A stretch of DNA of 64,000 bases, taken from positions 35,276 to 99,275 of the IMG/VR virus record IMGVR_UViG_3300036820_000006. One strand, written 5' to 3'. Source of the stretch: a virus. Made by a program: the position numbers and the translations under genes. This document shows, piece after piece, positions 11,301 through 19,810 of the stretch. The stretch's first letter is position 1; each line of letters opens with the position of its first letter. Under the pieces are notes generated by a model. It searched no databases. It saw only the letters and a program-made list of their open reading frames with translations, and was not told the DNA's origin.

Positions 11301-11405
11301 ATTGCAGCAATGCGCCACTCTTGTGTGATGGCACACATCACAAGGCACTAAATCTTCAAATGTGGGTACGCGCCCCACTTGCTTTCCCCCTTCTGCGCTG
11401 TTCAT
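8186..11405 (-). other. Cluster of small, tightly packed hypothetical phage ORFs (8186-8584, 8628-8852, 8903-9103, 9120-9323, 9320-9544, 9541-10320, 10638-11405)
   Basis: Co-oriented ORFs with overlapping stop/start codons and SD motifs. No recognisable families. Confidence 0.6.
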
Positions 11406-11764
11406 AAGGTCTCCTTCGCACGCAATAGACGATCTATCTCAGCAGCAATAAGAGCGCCCGCTTTGGCGAGATTGCGAATAGGATCGGGTGAAGGTTTCCA
11501 CCACTTCTCGTCCCACGGCCACCAGCCCTCGTTGTCGGCTCCGGGCACCTCATGGTCACTTACAATCTCCAGTGCGTGGGCGGCATAGGTAACCGCAGCT
11601 CCGATCATCTCTCCCGTGATGTGCTCGTCGTCGTGCTCCGGCGTCCATCCTTCGGCGCATATCTGTCGTCTACGCTCTGCTGCGATAAGTTCAGCACCAT
11701 CCATCGTCATCTCCAATTTCTCCTGCTCTCCTACATTCCGGGGTACAGAGGGGTCAAAAGTCAT
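11402..11764 (-). CDS. Conserved phage hypothetical protein
   Basis: AERRRQ..EGWTPEHDDEH...WPW..WWKP...RNL.KAGALIAAEIDR is a widespread phage family of unknown function. Confidence 0.75.
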   Translation of the reverse strand: MTFDPSVPRNVGEQEKLEMTMDGAELIAAERRRQICAEGWTPEHDDEHITGEMIGAAVTYAAHALEIVSDHEVPGADNEGWWPWDEKWWKPSPDPIRNLAKAGALIAAEIDRLLRAKETL

Positions 11765-11796
11765 AGGTGCTCTCCTCTGAAATCAGAACTACGGCC

Positions 11797-12102
11797 CTAC
11801 TTGGGGTCAGGTTTGACGGGCATACCGAGGCGTTCCCTCAACTCGTCTTTGTCAATATCTGCACACGCTTTTCGATATTCCGCATCGGTAAGCCATAGCA
11901 GCCAGTCGGGCCAACCCTTCAGCTTGCCAGAGCCATACTTCCAGTCATGAATCCACTCAGAGAATGTCCGTCGCCTGAAGCATCTCTCTAGCAACCGAAC
12001 GCCCATAAGAATCACTACGTCGGGCGCATTCAACTCAATCAGCCGTTTCAGCCGGTCTCTCCTGATTCCATAGAGACTCCGTTCCACTATCAACTTACTC
12101 AT
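11797..12102 (-). CDS. Hypothetical protein, paralog of 47799-48101
   Basis: Shares KRLIELNAP..VI.M...LL..FR.RT..EW...P.WLL.L....YR with the second copy. Confidence 0.7.
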   Translation of the reverse strand: MSKLIVERSLYGIRRDRLKRLIELNAPDVVILMGVRLLERCFRRRTFSEWIHDWKYGSGKLKGWPDWLLWLTDAEYRKACADIDKDELRERLGMPVKPDPK

Positions 12103-12415
12103 GGCTTTCTCCTTTCGGTGCGCTGAGGGCGTCGTAGCGGCGGATTATGGGGGCAGCCTTACTTTGCGCTTCCCTAAACTCGCCCATCGTAATTACATCT
12201 TGATATCCCCTCAGCGCTTCTACGGCTTCGCGGAGGAGGTCAGGCTTGACCACATCAGAGGCGGCTTCTCAAGCGTCTAACAATGGAATCATTACGAGTT
12301 GCGGATGAACGCAGATCGTGCGGTTCTCACTAGAAGCAGATGTCACTCCCTTGCGCAATGCTGTTATCAGCTCCGGTGACAACTCGGGCCGCTGGTCCTG
12401 CTTTCCATCACTCAT
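12095..12415 (-). pseudogene. Hypothetical ORF interrupted by an in-frame TGA
   Basis: MSDGKQDQRP...LLDA*EAASDVV...KGESHE. TGA at 12269-12271. Both ends overlap neighbouring ORF ends. Confidence 0.45.
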
Positions 12416-12418
12416 GGC

Positions 12419-12778
12419 TCACCTTCTTTCCCGATGAGACTTTCTGGCGTTCAAGTGTTGCGCGCAGAAATCGCGACGGGATGCGAAGATGAACGAATCC
12501 GTCCTTGAAAGAGTTGTGACCCACCTCGGTCGGCAGTCCATGCGTGCGCACAACACCTTCATGCCGAGCCTGCCCGCTGCCAGCGTGAGCGCGTTCTTGA
12601 TGCTCATGGGCGGAATGAAAACTTCCTTGGTCTGAGGATCATAATGCAAATGCTCACGCCATGTGCGCTTGCGATAAGCATCGTAAGATTCTTGGTCTTC
12701 CTTTTCGGTTTCGTGGTAACGAGACTGCGAATAAGGTGATACTCCTTCAAGCTCGACGGTTGCGATGCGAACGGACAT
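12419..12778 (-). pseudogene. RAMP/Cas7-like protein, 3'-truncated after about residue 75 (candidate guide-RNA-binding effector)
   Basis: VELEGVSPYSQS first strand and VFIPPMSIKNAL..AA resemble the RAMP P.IP.SS.KG.LR signature. There is no C-terminal Gly-rich loop. After GMKV the sequence looks like the 3' end of another gene in a different frame. Confidence 0.55.
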
Positions 12779-12815
12779 TGAAATTCTCCCTTGGATTTGA
12801 GTTTGAGTTATGAAA

Positions 12816-12995
12816 ACGTTACGTTACATTACATCAAGCAGCGCGAAGTTGAGACACGATGCAGCACGCAGCAGAACGTTACAGGACGCAACGTAGCGCT
12901 GCACTGTGATGCCCCATGACGCGTTGCGAAACGACGCCCAACAGCACAGAATGCTGCGACATGCGGCGTTACGTAGCGACACGGAACGTTACGCA
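12816..12995 (-). ncRNA. Pentamer array A: 36 x (NN-CGY), putative gapped guide RNA
   Basis: On +, 36 in-phase units. Triplets: RCG 19, RCA 8, RTG 4, RAG 3, RCC 2. The last two bases vary. Confidence 0.85.
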
Positions 12996-13009
12996 ATCTC
13001 TAGCAAGCT

Positions 13010-13516
13010 TTACTCTTGAATGGCCTTGGACCCGAAAAGTTTCAGTGTCTCATCCATCGGCAGTGGACGAGTACGATTGCCAACCGCATCAGCGATCACC
13101 TTCTGCGTGCGCTCAGTAGCGCCCTTCTGGATGAACTGCAGAATCGTCAGCGAGGTATTGTGTTGCAGCTTTGACTGTGCGCTGAGCGAGTCGTAATCGA
13201 CTGCCTGCAACCGGCGCGATGCACGCTTGGCTGCCTTGCTGAGCTTGCGCAAGTCCGCAGTGCTTAGACTGGGAACTTCTTCATTGGGCACTAGCCGTAC
13301 GCCTCGGCCCCAGTCCACCACAAACACCATGCCTTGTTCACTGAGCAGCTTATTAGTTGATGTGGTAAGGACGTTGCGTCGATGCCGCACATCACACCCA
13401 CACAGGGCGTTCAGCTCGGTATACGTTACGGTCTCTCCCGGTTTGGCCTCGGCAAGCCGACGCAGAGCGATAGTAGTCTCAACCGCGAGATTACCCTTGA
13501 TTGGAATATACGGCAT
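13010..13516 (-). CDS. Accessory protein with a winged-helix-like N-terminus, flanked by arrays A and B
   Basis: 168 aa with GGGAG SD. PGETVTYTELNALCG...VFVVDWGRGVRL gives a wHTH-like pattern. Confidence 0.65.
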   Translation of the reverse strand: MPYIPIKGNLAVETTIALRRLAEAKPGETVTYTELNALCGCDVRHRRNVLTTSTNKLLSEQGMVFVVDWGRGVRLVPNEEVPSLSTADLRKLSKAAKRASRRLQAVDYDSLSAQSKLQHNTSLTILQFIQKGATERTQKVIADAVGNRTRPLPMDETLKLFGSKAIQE

Positions 13517-13546
13517 TCAGAATCTCCCTTTCTGATGATGCCAGTA

Positions 13547-13646
13547 ACAGTTCGGTACGGTACGTCACGTGACATGAAGGTGCGTTACGGGACATCACCT
13601 CACGGGACGGGACGATGCGGCGCGTAACAAAAAGATATGCAACATT
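13547..13646 (-). ncRNA. Pentamer array B: 20 x (NN-CGY)
   Basis: acagt tcggt acggt acgtc acgtg acatg aaggt gcgtt... All triplets are within one mismatch of RCG. Confidence 0.8.
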
Positions 13647-13659
13647 CACGCCATCTACC

Positions 13660-13689
13660 GTTATACACATATAGCCACGAATCTGTCAA
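13660..13689 (-). promoter_or_regulatory. Sigma70-type promoter for the array B / accessory gene / array A / RAMP-like operon
   Basis: TTGACA-18 bp-TATAAC with an extended -10 TG, on the minus strand. Confidence 0.75.
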
Positions 13690-13716
13690 CATATATGTGT
13701 GTACCAAATCGATGCT

Positions 13717-16700
13717 CTAAAATTTGACCTCCTGCAGCTCCGCCATGTTCGGCCCGCAGGCACATTCAATGCCCACTACCAGACCCTCTGGAGCGAGCTG
13801 TGGATGCACCAGCACATTACTCGGCCTACCGAACACGTCGCTGATATCATGCAACATCTGCGCACGCAAGCCTACTGGATAACAGAGCAGAATGCTGTCG
13901 TGAATCGTGTTGCACAGGCCGTAGCGCTCAGCCAACCCTTCACGATCTAGCGCTTTCAACCGCTCACGCAGGTCGCCGTGCGCCTCGCTCTGCACTCTGA
14001 ATGCCATGGCGGCGTTGAACTGCTCGCCAGGTTTCCAGCTGCCTTTACCATCGGGCACGTAGACCTCGTAAAACCATCGCAACATTCCGTAGCGGTTCTT
14101 TAGCATGCCCTGCCGGTGCGCCTCTTCGCACACGTTGCGCTGCCATACGAACACCTTTGGGAACAGACGCTCAATAACAGTGCGGAACTCTCTAGCCTGC
14201 TTCAATGAGGCGAAATGTTCACGGTTCATTTCGTAAAGATGTGGCGGCATCAACCCCAACGCAATGCCAAGAATACTCGGCTTGGCCTGCCGGTCACGCA
14301 CGGCTTTATAACGCTCATTGGACCTGAACCAGCGAAAGCGATCCATCAGCTCGTCGTCAGGTAGCGCGAACAGCTTATCCGCATCCGGCAGGCGCAGAAA
14401 GTTCCACGCCACAAAGCTGTGCATGTCCAGCCGTGCCATACGGCAGTTATGTGACAAGAATCCCTCCGCGATAAATGTTTTAGTACTCGTACCTAGTGCC
14501 ACGACAGGATGATTTCCTATAGACTCAATTTTCAAAATCTTGGCGTCATGCGCAAGTTTTCCAAACACGTTCATGCCTTCTAGCCTAGACAAGCACTTAG
14601 GTAATAATCGCTTTGGTCTAAATTGCCCCAGCGCACGTATACCCGCGAATGGCTGCCCCACAAACCTAAATGTACGGCAATCTCGTTGGGGATTGTTAGC
14701 ACTGTCCCCAAGGCTATAACCATATTTAGCTAACATACTTGCTACCGAGTCCGCGATAATCCCAGGTCTCTGTGCGAAACTTAGCTGGCACCCATTACTA
14801 AGGGACCCCTCCCCATCCAAAATTCCGGCAATATATCCTTGATCCCATAGATCAGCACTCTTCCATGGCGGGGTAAACGTGCTCAAGTACATACCCGTAG
14901 CTAATTCATCAGCCCTGCGCCAGCTTACTCGTTGCTTAGTATCAAACTTAGCTAGCCATGTGTGTTCTATGCTGCATGTAACAACGCCTTGGTCAGTGGT
15001 AATGCGCACACACGGACGTTCAATATAATCCACGGACTCAATTACGGATTTACGTAGCTTGCGTTTGCCCTCTATCGGAAACTCATCGAATCCCCAAAGT
15101 ACCTCTCCCTCTCGCAGGTCTATGGCACGTCTCCATTGCAGGTCGGCCGTCAGAATACGAGTATCTGGGGCCACACAATAAGACTCATCTTCAGCTAAGA
15201 ACCCTGTAATAAGGACATGATAACTTTTCAAATCCCAGTTCGCCAGCTCATACCCCGCTGGCGCTTCGATCATACTTTTTATAGCCTTACCCAACTTACC
15301 GTGGGCAGGGTAAGTTTGCGTAGATGGATTGCGCGCACTTAGCTGTCCAGTCGCGGGCGCGAAGGTAAAAGTGGTGTGTACTCGGCCGTCGGCGTGCGGT
15401 TTGAACCCGTCAACATAAGTGCTCGACATCTTTCCCATCTCACGGCATTCAATCACCTTCGTATAAAAGTCATCCTTGTGCCTAACTGCGAGACGTTCTA
15501 GCTCTTTTTTGTTGGTGGTGTCACTGCCTTTCTTGCGATCTTTGGGAATCTTATGCCCACGCACCCGCATATAATTCATCAGTTGCGGCGATGAGTTTGG
15601 TGAGAATTCATACACACGGCACCAGCGTGCAACCCCGGCAGTCTGTGTGCCAAGCTGCTCATCAAATACCTGCTGGCCAAACTGGCGCACATCAAAATAG
15701 AAGCGCTCACCCGGTTCCTCGACGCCATCTTCATCCGTGGTCGGCGGGTCCTCGAACATGCGCGCGCGGATCACCGCTATCTCGTCGGCAGTTACATTGC
15801 TATAACGATTAAGGTAAGCATTCTTGGCGGACTCGGTTAGCGCTTTCTTTGTCTGCTTGCCTTCCACCACCGGAATCCGAGTCGGCGTGATCTCTTCTAG
15901 CAGCTCTTTGACGCGAGGGGGCACTCCGGCATAACCATCCTTCGGCGTGATCTTTCTGGCGTCGGCGGGGAACCTGGCATCCAGCTCTAGCAGCAGCTCC
16001 GCACGCGTAGCATCAAACTGCGCGCCTAGCGCCAGCCTACGCTCATTATTAATCGGCAGGCCCCGCTGCTCCATTTTGGCTAGAATTGGCCGCACTGCTT
16101 CGACTTGGTTCTCATAGCCGACAGCGGCGCGCGCAGGCTGCGGGTCATACCATATCCCGCGATCTACCATAGTGCGGTACGAGACTGAATGAATACGCTG
16201 TGTCGCGTCCACGTCTACGCAGCCGTAGAACTCCAGATTGGTGCCGTTCAAATGCTTCCAGGGGAACGGGAACTGCGCATAGCTAGCAGCGAACTGCAGA
16301 TGCGCGGGCAAATCCGGCTGCATAAAGTGGAACTGTTGTAAGGTATCGTGTACCGGCCCGGCAAGTTCGAGATAGGTGGCATTGCCGAAATCGCGCTGGC
16401 CGACCGCGCGCAGAACTTTCAAATCGAATAAATTGTAATTATGCCCCAGCTTCGGCAGCGGCAGTTTCAGCAGCCATCTTGTCGCTTGAATAAAAGGCTG
16501 CTTCCACGGCATCGCAATAGCTTGGCCTGGCGCGACGCTGAACTGACTTAGCCTAATCTGCGTATCGGTGAATCCATCCGTTGCGTCTTCATCTAGCGAT
16601 GCCGATTCAAAAGTTTCGATATCGTGTGCCAGCGCGGTTAGTACGTGCTCAGCGGTACCGGGAATGCTGGCCAGCCACGCATCTGAACGCGCTTTTACAT

Positions 16701-17418
16701 CGCGGCAGAAATCGTCCAACTGAATAAGTGTTGGATGCAAGGTGTAATTTAGGTGGTTCTGTTGCAGCCACGCTGCTACTGCTTCAGCATCGTTATCCTG
16801 CAGCATGTCCAGAATAAAACTTTTATCTTTACCGTAACGCACGTTGACCGCGCGTTGAATATCTCGCGCCAGCACGCCGGTGAGATGAATCGCGCCTCGG
16901 CGCAGGAAACTAGGATGATATGTAGGCACCACCAGAAGTTCGCAGCCTGCTGCTTCGCAGAACTCTGGCAGCGCGCGAAACACATAACCGCGCATATGGC
17001 TAATAGTGCGCTTTTCGCCCGAGATGCCCGTCAAAGTGCGGAACGGAATGCCGCCAAGCGCCACTACAGTGCGCGGCTTGAACTTGCGAAAGAATTCCAA
17101 TAGATTAGGCTGGCACTGATTGATGACGGAGAACTCATAGTTAGTTCCAGCTAGCGCGTTCCCAAATGGTCTGCAGCGCAACGTATTCGAGATTGCGAAC
17201 TGGTCGCGGGAGAATCCCAGCCGACGCAGCGTGCGCTCTAAGACAGCTCCAGCTGGTGCGTATTTGACAAAAGGAGTTAGTTCACGCGCCTCGTTTTCTC
17301 CGCTGGCCTCGCCAATGAGAGCAACGCCTAAGCTGCAGCTTCCTTCTGGCTGGGAGAAGTCAGTGCCAGCATTGTATAGATAGCAATTTCTACAGCTATC
17401 TGGCTTACTCCTGACCAC
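13717..17418 (-). CDS. polA: Family A DNA polymerase with N-terminal uracil-DNA glycosylase-like domain, 3'-5' exonuclease and intein
   Basis: UDG motifs IGEASG, NTLRCRP, PTYHPS. Exonuclease motifs HDIET, GHNYNLFD, YGCVD. Polymerase motifs TGQLSARNP, motif A WDLKS, motif B RQAK and motif C IHDS. Confidence 0.92.
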   Translation of the reverse strand: MVRSKPDSCRNCYLYNAGTDFSQPEGSCSLGVALIGEASGENEARELTPFVKYAPAGAVLERTLRRLGFSRDQFAISNTLRCRPFGNALAGTNYEFSVINQCQPNLLEFFRKFKPRTVVALGGIPFRTLTGISGEKRTISHMRGYVFRALPEFCEAAGCELLVVPTYHPSFLRRGAIHLTGVLARDIQRAVNVRYGKDKSFILDMLQDNDAEAVAAWLQQNHLNYTLHPTLIQLDDFCRDVKARSDAWLASIPGTAEHVLTALAHDIETFESASLDEDATDGFTDTQIRLSQFSVAPGQAIAMPWKQPFIQATRWLLKLPLPKLGHNYNLFDLKVLRAVGQRDFGNATYLELAGPVHDTLQQFHFMQPDLPAHLQFAASYAQFPFPWKHLNGTNLEFYGCVDVDATQRIHSVSYRTMVDRGIWYDPQPARAAVGYENQVEAVRPILAKMEQRGLPINNERRLALGAQFDATRAELLLELDARFPADARKITPKDGYAGVPPRVKELLEEITPTRIPVVEGKQTKKALTESAKNAYLNRYSNVTADEIAVIRARMFEDPPTTDEDGVEEPGERFYFDVRQFGQQVFDEQLGTQTAGVARWCRVYEFSPNSSPQLMNYMRVRGHKIPKDRKKGSDTTNKKELERLAVRHKDDFYTKVIECREMGKMSSTYVDGFKPHADGRVHTTFTFAPATGQLSARNPSTQTYPAHGKLGKAIKSMIEAPAGYELANWDLKSYHVLITGFLAEDESYCVAPDTRILTADLQWRRAIDLREGEVLWGFDEFPIEGKRKLRKSVIESVDYIERPCVRITTDQGVVTCSIEHTWLAKFDTKQRVSWRRADELATGMYLSTFTPPWKSADLWDQGYIAGILDGEGSLSNGCQLSFAQRPGIIADSVASMLAKYGYSLGDSANNPQRDCRTFRFVGQPFAGIRALGQFRPKRLLPKCLSRLEGMNVFGKLAHDAKILKIESIGNHPVVALGTSTKTFIAEGFLSHNCRMARLDMHSFVAWNFLRLPDADKLFALPDDELMDRFRWFRSNERYKAVRDRQAKPSILGIALGLMPPHLYEMNREHFASLKQAREFRTVIERLFPKVFVWQRNVCEEAHRQGMLKNRYGMLRWFYEVYVPDGKGSWKPGEQFNAAMAFRVQSEAHGDLRERLKALDREGLAERYGLCNTIHDSILLCYPVGLRAQMLHDISDVFGRPSNVLVHPQLAPEGLVVGIECACGPNMAELQEVKF
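14446..15177 (-). mobile_element. Intein (244 aa) with a LAGLIDADG motif inside the polymerase
   Basis: Starts CVAPDTRILT, contains YIAGILDGEG and ends FIAEGFLSHN before an extein Cys. The segment has lower GC. Confidence 0.92.
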
Positions 17419-17589
17419 TCTTCTGCTCCTCTCGCTGCTTCCTGCGCAGCTTCTTCCACTGGCGTGCCGTCATGCCTGCAGGCTTCTTTGGTTGCGCGCG
17501 TGTGACCGGCAAGAAGCGCCCTGGATGCAGAGGATCAGGACGGTTGTAGAGAGTCCGTATGCGAGTTGGTTCAAGTTGATCTTTCTTCT

Positions 17590-19038
17590 CTATAGCCACG
17601 GCAGCACTCTGGGATCGATCTTACATTTGCGAGCCAGAGTATCCTTATCGCCTACCAAGCGCAACCCTTGCAGTGTTCTGCACCGCGATAGCGAGACATA
17701 GAGCATGGCTGGAGAGCCGAACATCCAACTACGAAAGTCAATCTGGCACCGGTCGAGCGATAAGCCTTGGATTTTATGCACAGTGCTCGCATACGCCAAC
17801 CGGATAGGATAATACTCGATCTGCCCGATCACGTACCTCCTGACGCGGCCGCGATAGTGAACCTTCGCGATATAGCGACCGTCATCTGACTCTTTGGCTA
17901 TGCTCTGCTCCACTGTTTCGTTCGGGCGCTCGCCTAGCTCCACACCGCGCACAATCGTCGGCACGTATACGATCTGCTTATTGCGTACCAGTTCAATCGC
18001 AATTACCCACTTGTTATCGCTGCCGACTTGTTCAATCCCGAGTACATGCCCGCAATCACCATTCGCATACTCCAGCACGCCTGGTGAGCTATAGTTATTC
18101 GCTAGCAGCATCACATAAGCACCTTCACGCAGCACAGTCTGGTCGGGAATGTTCTTCCATTCAGAACGCTGCTTGCCCCAGCGGCGCGATGGCAGCAGCA
18201 TCTTACGACCGCGAATGCGATCCAACGCTAGCTGATTAGCGCGATCTACTTCGGCGTTCTGGCTGAGGATAGTAGTGCCATCAAAATCGCGATCAGTCAT
18301 GTTGAAGAATTCAACCGAGGATGCAAGCAGGCTAGCGCATTCAGACCCGTTGCCTCGCCGCGCATGGTTGAGCGCCGACAGGAACTCAGCATCGCCTTGC
18401 CGCCACACTTTTGTGAGCCGGGTAATGTTGTTGCCGAATCTGAGCCAACTACGCGCGTCGAAAGCCCATGGAGTTTTGGCTCGTGCTACTTTGCGCCCGC
18501 TAGAACTGCGTTCTGGAATGCTGGGGAGCTGGCAGAAATCACCACAGAGCACTAATCCTAAGGGTTCTTCCCCATCCTTAGTGTTCTGGTTCACATCATC
18601 GAACACATGCACAATCACATCTAGTTGTTCACAGGAAATCATGCTGATTTCGTCAATCACCACGTTACGGTAACCTTCGCGGCGCAGACTATGAAGCTTG
18701 TACTGCGCTGAACGTTTGAGGTAAGCATCGCGCAGTGAATCGGTATCGAAGTAGCCGAGCAGTGAGTGGATCGTGGTGGTGTTGAGGTTGACCGCCGAGA
18801 TGCCGGTGCTCGCGCTCAGCACGGCATAGCAAGGGTCCTCGGCGATGCGCTGCTTCAGCGTGAACGTCTTGCCAGTGCCCGCTGAACCGCAGAGGAACGA
18901 GCAAGGAGTTTCTAGTGAGCGCTGGGGCAACGGCTCCAACGCGGATTCACTTTCCTCGTCTATATATACAGGCTCGTCGGCCAGGGGCTCGTCGCCCAGC
19001 TCATCTAGCGCATCCAGCTCATCATCGTAAACACTCAT
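17590..19038 (-). CDS. PIF1/RecD-like SF1B helicase
   Basis: GSAGTGKT, TIHSLLG, IDEISM, GDFCQL and LAYASTVHKIQGLSL...YVSLSR. Confidence 0.92.
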   Translation of the reverse strand: MSVYDDELDALDELGDEPLADEPVYIDEESESALEPLPQRSLETPCSFLCGSAGTGKTFTLKQRIAEDPCYAVLSASTGISAVNLNTTTIHSLLGYFDTDSLRDAYLKRSAQYKLHSLRREGYRNVVIDEISMISCEQLDVIVHVFDDVNQNTKDGEEPLGLVLCGDFCQLPSIPERSSSGRKVARAKTPWAFDARSWLRFGNNITRLTKVWRQGDAEFLSALNHARRGNGSECASLLASSVEFFNMTDRDFDGTTILSQNAEVDRANQLALDRIRGRKMLLPSRRWGKQRSEWKNIPDQTVLREGAYVMLLANNYSSPGVLEYANGDCGHVLGIEQVGSDNKWVIAIELVRNKQIVYVPTIVRGVELGERPNETVEQSIAKESDDGRYIAKVHYRGRVRRYVIGQIEYYPIRLAYASTVHKIQGLSLDRCQIDFRSWMFGSPAMLYVSLSRCRTLQGLRLVGDKDTLARKCKIDPRVLPWL

Positions 19039-19497
19039 GGGAAACTCGTTTCATCATCTATAGGCAGGCTGGGTTCAACCGCTACCGCTGCTACCTGTTC
19101 AAACATCTCCAGCGCACGCTCATCCGCTGCATCGCTCAGCATCTGAGCAGAGGTCTGTGGGCGTAGATTCTCGCTGGCGAAGAACTCTTCCCACTGAGCA
19201 CGCTCACGCACATCCAACTGTTTGAGGAACCAAGCTTGCTTAGCGCTGACTGCATTATGCTCTGCTGTGCCTAAAATTTGAAGATTATCTGGGTGGGGGT
19301 TCAAGCGGTTGCGGTCTAAGTGGTGGATTACAACATCGTGTTCGAGTGCCCGTGGACCGAACTTAGCTAAATGCCACTAGCCGGTGAACGCGCATGCCGC
19401 GTAGAGGACCCGCACTCAGAACCAAGTACCCTTTTGAATCAATGGTAGTGCCGTCTCCCAGCTCGAACTTGCCTTTGCTGCCGCGTTCTTGGGGCAT
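19035..19497 (-). pseudogene. HNH endonuclease with a +1 frameshift at 19369-19371
   Basis: SKGYL...RVHRLVA continues in the next frame as KFGPRAL..VIHHLDRNRLNPHPDNLQ. Confidence 0.7.
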
Positions 19498-19527
19498 TAC
19501 GTTTGAGCGCCCTTCAGAGAGTTAGAA

Positions 19528-19556
19528 GCCCCGGCAGAGTATCCGACTGCCGGGGC
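19528..19556 (-). terminator. GC-rich hairpin after the tRNA cluster
   Basis: GCCCCGGCAG...CTGCCGGGGC inverted repeat with only a short T tract. Confidence 0.5.
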
Positions 19557-19564
19557 CATTTATG

Positions 19565-19637
19565 TGCGAACCGAGGGGATCGAACCCTCGACATCACGAT
19601 TACAATTCGTGCGCTCTATCCACTGAGCTAGGTTCAA
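19565..19637 (-). tRNA. tRNA-Thr(UGU), slightly atypical
   Basis: D arm GCTCAGTGGATAGAGC, anticodon stem CACGA/TCGTG with loop ATTGTAA, T arm GAGGG-TTCGATC-CCCTC. 1:72 mismatch and no encoded CCA. Confidence 0.75.
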
Positions 19638-19684
19638 GTTCGCGGTTGTCAGTGCTCCACAGCACCGAACATAGTTGGCTCTGT

Positions 19685-19810
19685 CTAATCACGCTGCTCT
19701 ACCACTGAGCTACTCCCCCTCAGGGCAGCGAACGTATCTTTGAGTGAGGTCAGAGATCGCATTCGCTGCTTGGAGGGGAAGAAGGGATTCGAACCCCCGA
19801 CCACGCTTTT
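19685..19810 (-). ncRNA. Permuted tRNA-like element (3' half, hairpin, then 5' half)
   Basis: GGTCGGGGGTTCGAATCCCTT-CTTCCCC-TCCA lies upstream of GGGGGAG-TAGCTCAGTGGTAGAGC. The acceptor strands pair 7/7 with one G-U. Confidence 0.6.

Noticed and set aside
12269-12271. Stop-codon recoding (TGA readthrough)
   Set aside because: Single instance. TGA, TAG and TAA all end other genes normally, and no suppressor tRNA is present.
12816-12995. CRISPR array or coding-repeat interpretation of the pentamer tracts
   Set aside because: There are no 23-50 bp repeats with spacers and no cas1/cas2. Period 5 does not fit codon structure, and the overlapping short ORFs are spurious.
19685-19810. Two-piece tmRNA
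   Set aside because: It has a D-stem, lacks G3-U70 and the A73 discriminator, and shows no tag reading frame.
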